DNA from: Dehalococcoidia bacterium
GTDB lineage: Bacteria; Chloroflexota; Dehalococcoidia; Dehalococcoidales; RBG-16-60-22
Direction of reading: 5' to 3'
Length of the DNA: 47,669 bases
Assembly: GCA_003141235.1 (NCBI GenBank)
Contig: PLLL01000069.1
Span: forward strand, 8,734-56,402
Both the position numbers and the translations under genes were made by a program. Of this stretch, positions 1 to 9,996 are shown one piece after another; positions within the stretch are counted from its first letter, which is position 1, and each line of letters begins with the position of its first letter. Below the pieces are notes generated by a model that made no database searches, was not told the DNA's origin, and saw nothing but the letters and a program-made list of their open reading frames with translations.

Positions 1-14
1 GCTGCTGGCGAAGA

Positions 15-518
15 ATGGCAAAGGTAAACCGCCTGCAATTTAACCGGCGGGACATCGTCTTCGCCGCTATCGTGCTGCTGGTGATTATCGTTGACCAGCT
101 AAGTAAATTCTGGATATTAAACCACCTGCAGCCGGGAGAAGTTCTCTGGGATGCCCGTGTCTTCCGGATTATCCATGTCCTTAATACCGGCGCCGCTTTC
201 GGTATATTCAAAGGCCAAACTCCGATTCTGATTGTCGTTGATTTTATAGGTATCGCTGCCATTTTATTCCTCGTTTTCGGCATGCGCCGTCAGTGGCCGT
301 TTATCGATAAAATGCTGGTACGCACTAGTGTTGCCCTGATTCTGGGCGGCACCATCGGCAATATGATTGACCGCATCCGCGTAGGGCAGGTCACGGACTT
401 TATCGATTTTAAAATCTGGCCGGTATTTAATGTTGCCGATTCGTCGGTGACCATCGGCACGATTCTCCTCGCTTACTGCCTTATATTTTTGGCAGGACGG
501 GTGCAGACTAAGGAATGA
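15..518 (+). CDS. lspA: Lipoprotein signal peptidase (signal peptidase II)
   Basis: Motifs DQLSK, NTGAAFG, GNMIDR, VTDF, PVFNVADS; four hydrophobic segments. Confidence 0.96.
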   Translation: MAKVNRLQFNRRDIVFAAIVLLVIIVDQLSKFWILNHLQPGEVLWDARVFRIIHVLNTGAAFGIFKGQTPILIVVDFIGIAAILFLVFGMRRQWPFIDKMLVRTSVALILGGTIGNMIDRIRVGQVTDFIDFKIWPVFNVADSSVTIGTILLAYCLIFLAGRVQTKE

Positions 519-1414
519 GCAGGCAATACAGCTTTATCGCCGATACGCCGGGTATCCGTCTGGACAAGTTCCTCGGAGAGAAGTGCCCGGAGCTTTCCCG
601 CACCCATGCCCAGAAACTTATCGCGGAAGGGCTGGTCACCGTTAACGGGAAAATCGAAAAAGGCAGTCTCAAGCTCAATGCCGGTGATAAAGTTGACCTC
701 ACCATCCCTCCCGAAGCTCCCGCCCATCTGACCCCTGAATCCATACCTTTAAAGATAATTTACGAAGATAACGACCTGATGGTGATTGATAAACCGGCCG
801 GGCTGGCGGTTCATCCGGCGCCGGGACACCCGGAACATACCCTGGCCAACGCTGTAGTGGGTCATATGCCGGAACTGGCGGAAGAAGATGAAGATAATTT
901 AAGGCCGGGCATTGTGCATCGGCTGGATATGGACACCTCCGGCCTGATTCTGGTAGCTAAAAACCGCGTGGCGCAGGCTAATCTTTCCGACCAGTTTAAA
1001 TCGCGCGTGGTTTCCAAGTATTATCAGGCGCTGGTGCAGGGAAAACTAAAACCGGAAACCGGCATTATCGAAGCGAACATCGGGCGTGACCCGCGGAACC
1101 GCCAGCGCATGGCGGTAGTGACGGGCGGGCGTGAGGCGCGTACGGAATACCGCGTCATTAAATACATCGGCAATTATACACTGCTGGAGATTAAGCCCGA
1201 AACGGGGCGTACCCACCAGATAAGAGTGCACCTGGCGGCCATCGGCTTTCCCGTGGTGGGCGATACCACCTACGGCGTGCCATCCCCGCATATAGCGCGG
1301 CAGTTTCTCCATGCCGGCAAGATAAAGTTCAAACTACCCTCCACTGGCGAGTATGTGGAGTTCCAATCGCCTTTACCCCCCGACCTTGAGAAGGCGCTGA
1401 AAGACATTAGCTAA
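515..1414 (+). CDS. rluD: RluA/RluD-family pseudouridine synthase with N-terminal S4 domain
   Basis: S4-like RLDKFL..SR; KPAGLAVHP; catalytic HRLD; GRTHQIRVH; overlaps the lspA stop (ATGA). Confidence 0.9.
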   Translation: MSRQYSFIADTPGIRLDKFLGEKCPELSRTHAQKLIAEGLVTVNGKIEKGSLKLNAGDKVDLTIPPEAPAHLTPESIPLKIIYEDNDLMVIDKPAGLAVHPAPGHPEHTLANAVVGHMPELAEEDEDNLRPGIVHRLDMDTSGLILVAKNRVAQANLSDQFKSRVVSKYYQALVQGKLKPETGIIEANIGRDPRNRQRMAVVTGGREARTEYRVIKYIGNYTLLEIKPETGRTHQIRVHLAAIGFPVVGDTTYGVPSPHIARQFLHAGKIKFKLPSTGEYVEFQSPLPPDLEKALKDIS

Positions 1415-1515
1415 AACCTCTTGTATATTCCCTATTTGCATCCTTTCTTTAAACATGGCAAAATAGTGAATAGATATATCGTGATAGCTCTGGGATTCGC
1501 TTAAGGGAGGCGTCT

Positions 1516-2676
1516 ATGCAGTATCGTAAATTCGGCAAACTGGATTGGAAAGTATCGGCCCTGGGCTTCGGCTGTATGCGCCTGCCGGTCATCGGTGAAG
1601 ACCAGTCCAAGATAGATGAGCCCCTGGCTATTAAAATGATTCGTTACGCCATCGATAACGGCGTCAACTACCTGGACTCCGCCTACATGTACCACAATGG
1701 CAACAGCGAACGCGTCCTGTCCAAGGCGCTTAAGGACGGCTACCGCGAGAAGGTTAAAATTGCCACCAAGCTGCCTGCCATGATTATCCAGAAGGCGGAA
1801 GACTTCGACCGGATATTAAACGACCAGATTGAAAAACTAAACATCGGCAAGATAGATTTCTATCTCCTCCACGGCCTGCAAAAAACGTCCTGGACAAAAG
1901 TGCGCGATTTAGGTGTGCTTAAATGGGCGGAAAAACAGATGGCGGATGGGAAGATCGGCCGGCTCGGTTTTTCTTTCCACGATAAATTACCTGTCTTTAA
2001 AGAAATCATCGATTCTTATGATAACTGGGTGCTTTCTCAGGTGCAGTACAACTATATGGATATCAATAATCAGGCCGGTCGCAAGGGCGTGGAATACGCC
2101 GCGAGCAAAGGTCTGGCGGTGGTCGTTATGGAACCGTTACGCGGAGGCAAATTAAGCAAAGAACCGCCGCCTCCGGTAGCCAAAGTTTGGGAAACTGCTC
2201 ACCGCAAGCTCACGCCCGCCGAGTGGGCATTCCAATGGGTTTGGAACCAGCCGGAAATCTCGGTGGCTTTAAGCGGCATGAGCCTGATGGAGCAGGTGGT
2301 ACAAAATATAAAAACCGCCGGACGCTCCGGCCCCAACACGCTTTCTGAACAGGATTTGAAGCTCATCGAACGTGCGCGGAAGGCCTATCAAGGTCTGACT
2401 CCCATACCCTGCACCGACTGCAAATATTGCCAGCCGTGTCCCCACGGCGTAGACATACCGCGTTGCTTTCAGGCCTACAACGACGCCACGATTTATGATG
2501 ATTTAACCGTAGGGCGCAGGATGTATAATGCCCCGTTCTTTAAGCCGGAAAACCACGCCGATAAATGCGAAGAATGCGGCGAATGCCTGGAAAAGTGCCC
2601 GCAGCACATCGCGATACCGGACTGGCTCAAGAAAGTTGATATGGCGTTTAAAATGGATGCACCGCCGAGAGGATAA
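1516..2676 (+). CDS. Aldo/keto reductase with C-terminal 4Fe-4S dicluster domain
   Basis: LGFGCMRLP, GVNYLDSAYMY, IATKLP, IDFYLLH; CTDCKYCQPCP and CEECGECLEKCP; GGAGG RBS. Confidence 0.92.
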   Translation: MQYRKFGKLDWKVSALGFGCMRLPVIGEDQSKIDEPLAIKMIRYAIDNGVNYLDSAYMYHNGNSERVLSKALKDGYREKVKIATKLPAMIIQKAEDFDRILNDQIEKLNIGKIDFYLLHGLQKTSWTKVRDLGVLKWAEKQMADGKIGRLGFSFHDKLPVFKEIIDSYDNWVLSQVQYNYMDINNQAGRKGVEYAASKGLAVVVMEPLRGGKLSKEPPPPVAKVWETAHRKLTPAEWAFQWVWNQPEISVALSGMSLMEQVVQNIKTAGRSGPNTLSEQDLKLIERARKAYQGLTPIPCTDCKYCQPCPHGVDIPRCFQAYNDATIYDDLTVGRRMYNAPFFKPENHADKCEECGECLEKCPQHIAIPDWLKKVDMAFKMDAPPRG

Positions 2677-2679
2677 AAT

Positions 2680-2756
2680 AAGTAACAAAACTCAAGTAAC
2701 AAGTAACAATGAGAGGAAAGGGGAGGTTTGATACTTGATACTTGTCATTTGCTACT
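2680..2756. repeat. Inverted arrays of 7-nt repeats between convergent genes; probable hairpin/bidirectional terminator
   Basis: AAGTAAC-type heptamers at 2680-2710; complementary-type CTTGATA/CTTGTCA heptamers at 2727-2756. Confidence 0.55.
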
Positions 2757-3319
2757 TATTCCTTATATAGCCACTTGCGGAAAATGTACCGGCTGAACCA
2801 CGGCATCACCGCCCAGGTCAAAGCTCCCACTACCAGCGCGCTTGTCAGGATATTCAACAGGTAAAAGTTCCAGTTCAGCTTTAATAGTTCCTCTAACTTA
2901 ACGAACAGGACGGACATTGCGTAAACGGCTAGCGTGGTGATGAGAAACATCTTCCATTGCGGCGGCGTCGTCAGTTCCGGGCACTCAGGGATAGAAAACC
3001 ATGTCTCCATTCCGGTCGCTTCCTGTCGGCTCTTTACAGAGAAAGCGTCTGCCTCGTGCGATAGCTTCTGGCGGATATAGGAATCCTCCCACCTGTGTAC
3101 GGACTCAGCATCCGTAAAGCGCAGTATGGCATGGTATAATCCGGGTTTGCCGGGGCCGGGTGTGAGCATCGTCGCTCCCGTGTTGCCCGGGGCTTCTGTC
3201 GCTGCATCCACCAGCCGGTGCACCCAGGCGATATAGTCCCTGTCGTGCCCCGGTAATACCTGTCGGCTTATCACCACGGTCACCGGTTTTTCCTGAGGCA
3301 TATTAGTTTCATTTTCCAT
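2756..3319 (-). CDS. ABM (antibiotic biosynthesis monooxygenase)-fold protein with two C-terminal TM helices
   Basis: PVTVVISRQV..W..PG..G, W..S..R, TGMETWF, PPQWKM, WAVMP..KWL pattern. Confidence 0.8.
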   Translation of the reverse strand: MENETNMPQEKPVTVVISRQVLPGHDRDYIAWVHRLVDAATEAPGNTGATMLTPGPGKPGLYHAILRFTDAESVHRWEDSYIRQKLSHEADAFSVKSRQEATGMETWFSIPECPELTTPPQWKMFLITTLAVYAMSVLFVKLEELLKLNWNFYLLNILTSALVVGALTWAVMPWFSRYIFRKWLYKE

Positions 3320-3404
3320 TGATAAATCTCCTGCGGAAAATTCAATTCTATTTTGATATTCTAATACCTTTTAAGTCTAAAGCATAGTACTAAAATCACA
3401 TTGT

Positions 3405-3440
3405 TGTCATTCTGACCCTGAGCGAAGCAGAAGGGGAAGA
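3405..3440 (+). repeat. Truncated REP-like element (GTCATTCTGA..GAGCGAAGC..GAAG class)
   Basis: TGTCATTCTGACCCTGAGCGAAGCAGAAGGGGAAGA is a GC-rich island in an AT-rich spacer; the partner arm is absent. Confidence 0.4.
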
Positions 3441-3649
3441 GGGTAGGGGATTGGTTCATTAATTAAAAATAACCTTGAAAACGAATCTAACTTAACATAA
3501 ACAAAAACAAATCGATGAAGCTAATTAGCTACGAATTGTTTCTAAAAATGGGAGAAATTAAATCCCCGGAATTCCATTTCTGGCAACTTCAGAAGCGGAA
3601 TGTTAAAATGTATCTTAAGGCCTGATTATAAATAGCAGAAAGGTTAACT

Positions 3650-5128
3650 ATGGATAAACCGGTTCGCGTTCGCTTTGCCCCAAGCCCCACGGGACGCCCT
3701 CACGTAGGCAATATACGCACGGCCATGTTCGATTGGCTCCTCGCCCGCCACACCGGCGGCACGTTCATCCTGCGTATCGAGGATACGGATGTCGAGCGCA
3801 GGGTGGAAGGCGCCGTAGAATACATGATGGACGCCCTCAACTGGCTGGGACTGGATTGGGATGAGGGGCCGGGAAAAGGCGGCGACTACGGTCCATATTA
3901 TCAGTCGCAGCGCCTCGAACTTTACCAGGATGCCGCCGCAAAACTTGTCGCGCAGGGCGATGCCTATTATTGCTATTGCTCCCCCGAACGCCTTGATGCG
4001 ATGCGCAAGGAGCAGGAAGCGCGCAAGCAGTCGCCGGGTTATGACCGGCTTTGCCGTAATTTAAGCCCGCAGGAAAGGGCGGCGAAAGAGGCCGCGGGCA
4101 TCAAACCGGTGGTGCGCTTTAAGGTGCCGCTTGAAGGGCAGACTAAATTCCACGATATCATCTACGGCGATATTACATGCGAGAACAGCAATATTGACGA
4201 CTTCGTGATGCTGAAATCGGATGGCTACCCGACCTATCACCTGGCGAACGTAGTTGACGACTACGCTATGAAAATCAGCCATGTCATTCGTGACGAGGGC
4301 TGGATATCTTCGGCGCCCCGGCATTTAATGATGTACAAAGCTCTTAATTACGAGCCGCCGCAGTATGTCCACCACCCGGTAATTGTAGGGTCTGACCGCG
4401 CTAAGTTAAGCAAGCGCCATGGCGCAACTTCACTTCTCGATTTTAGAAACATGGGCTACCTGCCGGAGGCTATGTTTAATTTTCTCGCTTTAATGGGCTG
4501 GTCGCTGGATGATAAGACCGAGATTATGACCCGCCAGCAGGTTGTTGAAAACTTTTCACTGGAGAGGATGGGGAAGACTGGCGCCTTCTTCAATATAGAA
4601 AAGCTCGACTGGATGAACGGGGTATATATCCGCGGTCTAACTGTTGAAGATTTAACGAACAGGGTACTTCCGTTTCTGGAAAAGGATTTACCGCCAGAGG
4701 TCAAGCGGCCCCTGGACATCAATTATATACGGCAAATAATGCCGCTGATACGGGAGCGGATAAAAACTCTAAAAGATGCGGCTACCTATGCTGACTTCTT
4801 CTTTGTAGATAAGCTGGAATATGAAGCTTCGATGCTTATAGGCAAGAAGATGACCACGGAAACCGCATTAGCGGCTTTGAAAGGTGCTGAAGAGAAACTA
4901 TCCTCACTGGAGAGCTTTGACCATGATCTGTTAGAAGATAGCCTGAGGCATCTCGCCGATGATTTGGGTATCAAGACGGGGCAGCTTTTTAATGTGCTCC
5001 GGGTAGCTTGCACAGCTCGTGATGCTACCCCGCCGCTCTTTGAGACGATGGTCGTGCTGGGTAAAGAAAGATGTCTGAAAAGGATAAAGATTGCGATATC
5101 CAAGCTGGGTAATAACTCGAATTTGTAA
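3650..5128 (+). CDS. gltX: Glutamate--tRNA ligase
   Basis: RVRFAPSPTG, HVGN (HIGH), LRIEDTD, YQSQR, CYCS, PTYHLANVVDD, KLSKR (KMSKS). Confidence 0.97.
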   Translation: MDKPVRVRFAPSPTGRPHVGNIRTAMFDWLLARHTGGTFILRIEDTDVERRVEGAVEYMMDALNWLGLDWDEGPGKGGDYGPYYQSQRLELYQDAAAKLVAQGDAYYCYCSPERLDAMRKEQEARKQSPGYDRLCRNLSPQERAAKEAAGIKPVVRFKVPLEGQTKFHDIIYGDITCENSNIDDFVMLKSDGYPTYHLANVVDDYAMKISHVIRDEGWISSAPRHLMMYKALNYEPPQYVHHPVIVGSDRAKLSKRHGATSLLDFRNMGYLPEAMFNFLALMGWSLDDKTEIMTRQQVVENFSLERMGKTGAFFNIEKLDWMNGVYIRGLTVEDLTNRVLPFLEKDLPPEVKRPLDINYIRQIMPLIRERIKTLKDAATYADFFFVDKLEYEASMLIGKKMTTETALAALKGAEEKLSSLESFDHDLLEDSLRHLADDLGIKTGQLFNVLRVACTARDATPPLFETMVVLGKERCLKRIKIAISKLGNNSNL

Positions 5129-5157
5129 GACAGAAAGGGAGATAGTAAAGGAACTAT

Positions 5158-6849
5158 ATGACTACTGGCGATATAAAACCTGCACATGATTTCATCAGGG
5201 ACATTATCCGTCGAGATATCCAGACAAATAAGTACGATGGTCGGGTACATACCCGGTTTCCACCGGAGCCTAACGCCTACCTGCACATAGGACACGCTAA
5301 GTCTATTTATATCAATTTCAGCATTGCCAATGAGTTCAACGGTCTCTGTAATTTGCGGTTCGATGACACCAATCCCACCAAGGAAGAACAGGAATATATC
5401 GATGCAATCATACGAGATATACGCTGGCTGGGATTCGACTGGGGAGACCGTTTGCACTATGCCTCTGACTACTTTGAGCAAATGTGTGAATATGCTGTGC
5501 AGCTTATCCAGAAAGGCAAGGCATACGTTGATGAGTTAACTGCCGGGGAAATCAGAGAATATCGCGGCACCTTAACCGAGCCAGGTAAGCAGAGCCCATA
5601 TCGAGAACGTCCGATAGAGGAAAACCTTGATTTATTTAAACGCATGCGGGCCGGGGAATTCCCGGATGGCTCATATGTTCTCAGAGCGAAGATCGACATG
5701 GATTCTCCCAATATGAATATGCGTGATCCTGTCATGTATCGCATCCTGCGCGCCAGGCACCCACGCACCGGTGATAAGTGGTGTATCTATCCAATGTACG
5801 ACTGGGCCCACGGCCTCGAAGACTCCATCGAAGGGATTACCCATTCCATCTGTACACTGGAGTTCGAAGACCACCGTCCCCTGTATGACTGGTTTCTGGA
5901 TGAACTGGGAATCTATCATCCTCAGCAGATTGAGTTTGCCAGGCTCAATATAACCTATACCGTAATGAGCAAACGCCTGCTGCTGAAGTTGGTACAGGAC
6001 AAATCCGTACGCGGATTTGACGACCCCCGATTACCAACCCTGTCAGGGTTACGCCGACGTGGCTACACACCGGAGGTTATCCGGAATTTTTGTCAGCATA
6101 CGGGAGTAGCCAAGGCCAATACCACCATTGATGTTGCTTTCCTGGAACATTGCCTCCGGGAGGATTTAAACCAGAAAGCCCAACGTGTTATGGGTGTGCT
6201 GCGTCCGCTGCGTCTGGTAATTGATAACTACCCGGAAGATCAGGTGGAAGAGTTCGACGCAATGAATAATCCCGAGGACCACGCCACAGGAACACGAAAA
6301 GTGCCGTTTTCACGGGTTCTCTATATAGAGCAGGACGATTTCCGGGAGGAGCCACCACCAAAATACTACCGCCTGGCACCGGGCCGTGAGGTAAGATTGA
6401 GGTATGCCTATTTTATTACCTGTGTGGGTATAACAAAAGATGAAAGAAGCGGAGAGATAGTTGAGGTCCACTGTACTTATGACCCGGCTACGCGGGGTGG
6501 TGATGCCTCGGATGGACGCAGGGTCAAATCGACGTTGCACTGGGTCTCTGCCAGGCATGCACTCGAAGCTGAAGTGCGTTTGTATGACCTCCCGTTCAGC
6601 AAGGAAAATCCTATGGATGTGGAAGAGGGTACTGATTTCAGGGCTTATTTTAATCCGAATTCTCTTGAGGTATTGACATCGTGCCGTGTTGAACCCGCTC
6701 TTGCCGATGTTCCATCCGGGAGTAGATACCAGTTCGAAAGAATGGGGTATTTCTGTGTTGACCCCGATTCCTCACCGGGAAAATTGGTATTCAATCGGAT
6801 AGTTTCACTACGGGATACCTGGCTAAAGATACAAAAACAGCAGGAATAA
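5158..6849 (+). CDS. glnS: Glutamine--tRNA ligase
   Basis: [61 protein letters not shown]. Confidence 0.97.
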   Translation: MTTGDIKPAHDFIRDIIRRDIQTNKYDGRVHTRFPPEPNAYLHIGHAKSIYINFSIANEFNGLCNLRFDDTNPTKEEQEYIDAIIRDIRWLGFDWGDRLHYASDYFEQMCEYAVQLIQKGKAYVDELTAGEIREYRGTLTEPGKQSPYRERPIEENLDLFKRMRAGEFPDGSYVLRAKIDMDSPNMNMRDPVMYRILRARHPRTGDKWCIYPMYDWAHGLEDSIEGITHSICTLEFEDHRPLYDWFLDELGIYHPQQIEFARLNITYTVMSKRLLLKLVQDKSVRGFDDPRLPTLSGLRRRGYTPEVIRNFCQHTGVAKANTTIDVAFLEHCLREDLNQKAQRVMGVLRPLRLVIDNYPEDQVEEFDAMNNPEDHATGTRKVPFSRVLYIEQDDFREEPPPKYYRLAPGREVRLRYAYFITCVGITKDERSGEIVEVHCTYDPATRGGDASDGRRVKSTLHWVSARHALEAEVRLYDLPFSKENPMDVEEGTDFRAYFNPNSLEVLTSCRVEPALADVPSGSRYQFERMGYFCVDPDSSPGKLVFNRIVSLRDTWLKIQKQQE

Positions 6850-7256
6850 TGAATGACAGGGGTGAAATCTCCACTTTAAAAGCCTGGCTGCTTGTCCTGG
6901 CTTCGTTGTTGGACGAGGCTATCTTGCTGGTACTCATTATCCTGGCTTTAAGGTATTTCCATATACAAATTACTTGGCCGATTATCCTGGTAGCCTGGTT
7001 AGCAGTTATTATATTCTTCATTATCATCCACAAAGCGGTAGTGCCCAGCATGCGCCGTAGAAAGGTGACCGGCGCTGACGGAATGATAGGCCTTACTGGT
7101 GAAGTTTCTCAGCCGTTAAGACCACAGGGCGTTATCAAAGTAAAAGGCGAATATTGGAAAGCGAAATCGGTTGATGGTGATGTCGGCATAGGTGACGACG
7201 TAGAAGTGGTAGGGATAAAAGGATTGATTTTAGAAGTAAAGCGTAAAAAAGTATGA
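6849..7256 (+). CDS. NfeD-family membrane protein (short form)
   Basis: Two TM helices, then TGADGMIGLTGEV..L.P.G.IKVKGEYWKA OB-fold motif. Confidence 0.88.
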   Translation: MNDRGEISTLKAWLLVLASLLDEAILLVLIILALRYFHIQITWPIILVAWLAVIIFFIIIHKAVVPSMRRRKVTGADGMIGLTGEVSQPLRPQGVIKVKGEYWKAKSVDGDVGIGDDVEVVGIKGLILEVKRKKV

Positions 7257-8260
7257 GCATCGAACCGGGATATTTAGCTCTATATCGTTCGGGCGAGCTG
7301 GAGCGCCGCGCCGTCGCGCTTGAAGCGCGTTTAGCCGAGTGCGATATCTGCCCCTGGGAATGCGGCGCTAACCGGTTGAAGGGTAAGTACGGCCATTGCA
7401 ACTCGGGCGCCCTGCCTATAGTTTCATCTGTCTGCGCCCATCATGGCGAGGAGCCTGTATTATCCGGCACGCATGGGTCCGGCACCATCTTTTTCGCTAA
7501 CTGCAACATGCGTTGCGTCTACTGCCAGAACTACCAGATAAGCCAGGACCCGAAAGTACAATACAAGAACACAATTGAAACCCGCATCCTGGCGGAGCGC
7601 ATGCTCTATCTCCAGGATGAGCTTAAATGCCACAATATCAACCTGGTGACGCCTTCGCACTTCGTCCCGCAGATTGTCCGCGCTGTATTTGAGGCGGTGG
7701 CGGGGGGACTGCACCTGCCCCTGGTTTATAACACCAGCAGCTATGATTCTCTGAAAACTCTACGCGAGCTTGATGGGATTATAAGTATATATCTAGCAGA
7801 TATACGCTACGCCTCTGATGAATTCGGTCTAAAATACTCGCATGCCCGCGGCTATGTCGAGGTCTCACGCGCTGCGATTAAAGAAATGTACCGGCAGGTC
7901 AGCAACATTGAGGTAGATGATGAAGGCATCGCGCAAAAGGGTTTGATTATACGCCACCTGATATTCCCCAACGGTATTGCCGGCAGCGAGGATGCTCTAA
8001 GCTGGCTCGTAAGGGAGGTTTCACCGGAAGTGACCGTCAGCATTATGTCCCAGTATTATCCGGCGCATAAAGCTGCACGCCATCGTTATCCCGAGTTGGG
8101 GCGTAAGATTACCCCTGAGGAATATAAAGAGGTAACTGACCTGGTGGAAAAACTGGGCATAGAAAACGGCTGGGTGCAGGAAATGTTATCGGCCGAGACC
8201 TATCGGCCCGATTTTTCGGCGGATGAACCGTTCGATAATAAAAAGCGGCGGCGGAGGTAG
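7253..8260 (+). CDS. Radical SAM protein, PflX-like
   Basis: CDICPWEC, HHGEEP, GSGTIFF, CNMRCVYCQN (CxxxCxxC), HNINLVTP, RHLIFP, MSQYYP. Confidence 0.9.
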   Translation: MSIEPGYLALYRSGELERRAVALEARLAECDICPWECGANRLKGKYGHCNSGALPIVSSVCAHHGEEPVLSGTHGSGTIFFANCNMRCVYCQNYQISQDPKVQYKNTIETRILAERMLYLQDELKCHNINLVTPSHFVPQIVRAVFEAVAGGLHLPLVYNTSSYDSLKTLRELDGIISIYLADIRYASDEFGLKYSHARGYVEVSRAAIKEMYRQVSNIEVDDEGIAQKGLIIRHLIFPNGIAGSEDALSWLVREVSPEVTVSIMSQYYPAHKAARHRYPELGRKITPEEYKEVTDLVEKLGIENGWVQEMLSAETYRPDFSADEPFDNKKRRRR

Positions 8261-8278
8261 TGAACCGGTTCCGATTGG

Positions 8279-8419
8279 CTACTTTTTCTTGCGTTTGGTA
8301 AATCCGAAAGTGATTTTCAGCCCGTTACGAATATCTTTTTTATTGATGTTCTCGATAAATGTCTTGAGAGGGGTAACGGGTTTTTCAATTGCGGTGGATT
8401 CCTTTTTACTCTTAACCAT
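8279..8419 (-). CDS. Possible small basic protein (46 aa, MVKSKKESTA...)
   Basis: Open frame preceded by TGTTATAAT (extended -10) 9 nt before the ATG; no recognised domain. Confidence 0.3.
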   Translation of the reverse strand: MVKSKKESTAIEKPVTPLKTFIENINKKDIRNGLKITFGFTKRKKK

Positions 8420-8519
8420 ACGGGGAGTATTATAACACATAGTAAGGCATGAAGCCAAGCGTTTGACGCACATTGCCATTGCCGACTAAAATAGCTAATC
8501 GACCGGTAAGGAGATTTAA

Positions 8520-8993
8520 ATGAAATATATCTGGGCGCCGTGGCGTATGCAATATATCAAGAGTGAAAAGCCGAAGGGGTGCATTCTCTGTGACTTGCCC
8601 GCGGAAGATAAAGATAAGCAGAACTATATACTCTATCGCGGCGTGAAAAATTTTATTATGTTGAACAGCTTTCCTTATAATCCCGGTCATCTGCTGGTAG
8701 CGCCTTACCGGCATACCGGGAATATGGATGAGCTTACCGCGGCAGAGCGGAACGAGCATTATGAACTGGTAAGCCGGTGTATTAAGGTTCTTAAAGAGGC
8801 GATGAACCCGGGCGGCTTTAATATCGGTTCAAACCTCGGGAAGATAGCCGGGGCCGGTATTGAGGAGCATTTTCACAGCCATATCGTACCGCGCTGGAAT
8901 GGCGATACCAACTTCATCCCTGTCCTGGCTGATGTCAGGGTCGTGCCGCAGGCGCTGGCCGATACTTATGATGCGCTTTTGGGAAAGTTTTAA
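8520..8993 (+). CDS. HIT-family hydrolase (Ap4A hydrolase-like)
   Basis: IWAPWR, CILC, FPYNPGHLLV, HFHSHIVPRW triad; AGGAG RBS. Confidence 0.93.
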   Translation: MKYIWAPWRMQYIKSEKPKGCILCDLPAEDKDKQNYILYRGVKNFIMLNSFPYNPGHLLVAPYRHTGNMDELTAAERNEHYELVSRCIKVLKEAMNPGGFNIGSNLGKIAGAGIEEHFHSHIVPRWNGDTNFIPVLADVRVVPQALADTYDALLGKF

Positions 8994-9044
8994 AATACCA
9001 GGGAAAATCCCATTCCTACGAATATAGAATTACCCGCTTTCAGC

Positions 9045-9089
9045 TTGACAAAAAGACTTCTTTTCAAATATACTTGCAACTGGATGCAA
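9045..9089 (+). promoter_or_regulatory. Sigma70 promoter with overlapping inverted repeat (candidate Fur/Zur-type operator)
   Basis: TTGACA (9045-9050)-N18-TATACT (9069-9074); TTGCA-N6-TGCAA at 9074-9089, upstream of a metal ABC operon. Confidence 0.55.
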
Positions 9090-9138
9090 TAACAATAAGT
9101 TGCGTTAATTTATTATCATAGAAGTGAGCATCTGGAAA

Positions 9139-9984
9139 ATGAAGAAGTCTGGTATCTGTCTTACAGTTGTCTTGCTACTAAGTCTGGCGGTGGGTATCTT
9201 TACCGGCGGATGCGCCGCAGAAAAATCCTCAAAATTACAGGTAGTCACCAGCACATCACTGCTTGCCCAGATAGTCGAGCGCATTGGGGGAGATAAAGTC
9301 AGCGTGGTAAGCATTATTCCCCCGGCGCAGTGCCCGGGGACTTTTGATATCAAGCCGGGCGATGTCCAGAAGCTGGTCGATGCCCGGCTTTTTTTCATAC
9401 ATAACTGGCAGGGCGAGAAATTTACCACCGATTTGATTGCCTCGGCCAATAATAAAAACATGACCACGGTTAGTATTGAGCTGGCGGGCAACTGGATGAC
9501 GCCTCAGGTACAGCGCGACGCCACCGATAAAATTGTGGCTGTTCTGGCGCAGATTGACCCTGACAACAGCGCGGTTTATCAAAAAGCCGCGAGTGAATAC
9601 AAAGCCGCGGTAACGGCCAAGGAAACTGAAGTTAAAAGCAGGCTGGCCAAGGTCAATCTTGCCGCGGTCAATGTTCTCTGTGATGAGCAGCAAGCCGATT
9701 TCGTTAAATGGGCGGGGCTAAATATTGTGGCCACTTACGGCAGGCCGGAAACCTTTACTCCCCAGGTAGTCAAAGACCTGGTGGACAAAGGCAGAAGTGG
9801 TAAAGTGACACTGGTTATTGATAATATGCAGACAGGCGGAGAATCCGGGAAGAGCCTGGCTGAACAGCTAGGGGCAAAGCAGATTACGCTGTCAAATTTC
9901 CCGGGCGGTTATGATAAAACTGAGACATGGGAAAAAGCCATCGATAAAAATATCGAGCTGGTATTAAACTCAACCGGGAAGTAA
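9139..9984 (+). CDS. Metal ABC transporter substrate-binding lipoprotein (ZnuA/TroA-like)
   Basis: Lipobox-like FTGGC; VVTSTS..IGGDKVSV..IIPP; DPDNSAVYQ; first gene of an ATPase/permease operon. Start placed at ATG 9139. Confidence 0.85.
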   Translation: MKKSGICLTVVLLLSLAVGIFTGGCAAEKSSKLQVVTSTSLLAQIVERIGGDKVSVVSIIPPAQCPGTFDIKPGDVQKLVDARLFFIHNWQGEKFTTDLIASANNKNMTTVSIELAGNWMTPQVQRDATDKIVAVLAQIDPDNSAVYQKAASEYKAAVTAKETEVKSRLAKVNLAAVNVLCDEQQADFVKWAGLNIVATYGRPETFTPQVVKDLVDKGRSGKVTLVIDNMQTGGESGKSLAEQLGAKQITLSNFPGGYDKTETWEKAIDKNIELVLNSTGK

Positions 9985-9996
9985 AAGAACATCAGG

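Noticed and set aside
4786-5481. 231-aa minus-strand ORF and other long antisense ORFs (e.g. 28644-29378, 45242-46385)
   Set aside because: They lie opposite well-supported genes and have no motifs; shadow ORFs.
4380-7256. Apparent codon-style shift within gltX suggesting a mosaic gene
   Set aside because: Visual impression only; cannot be supported without computing GC3 or codon usage.
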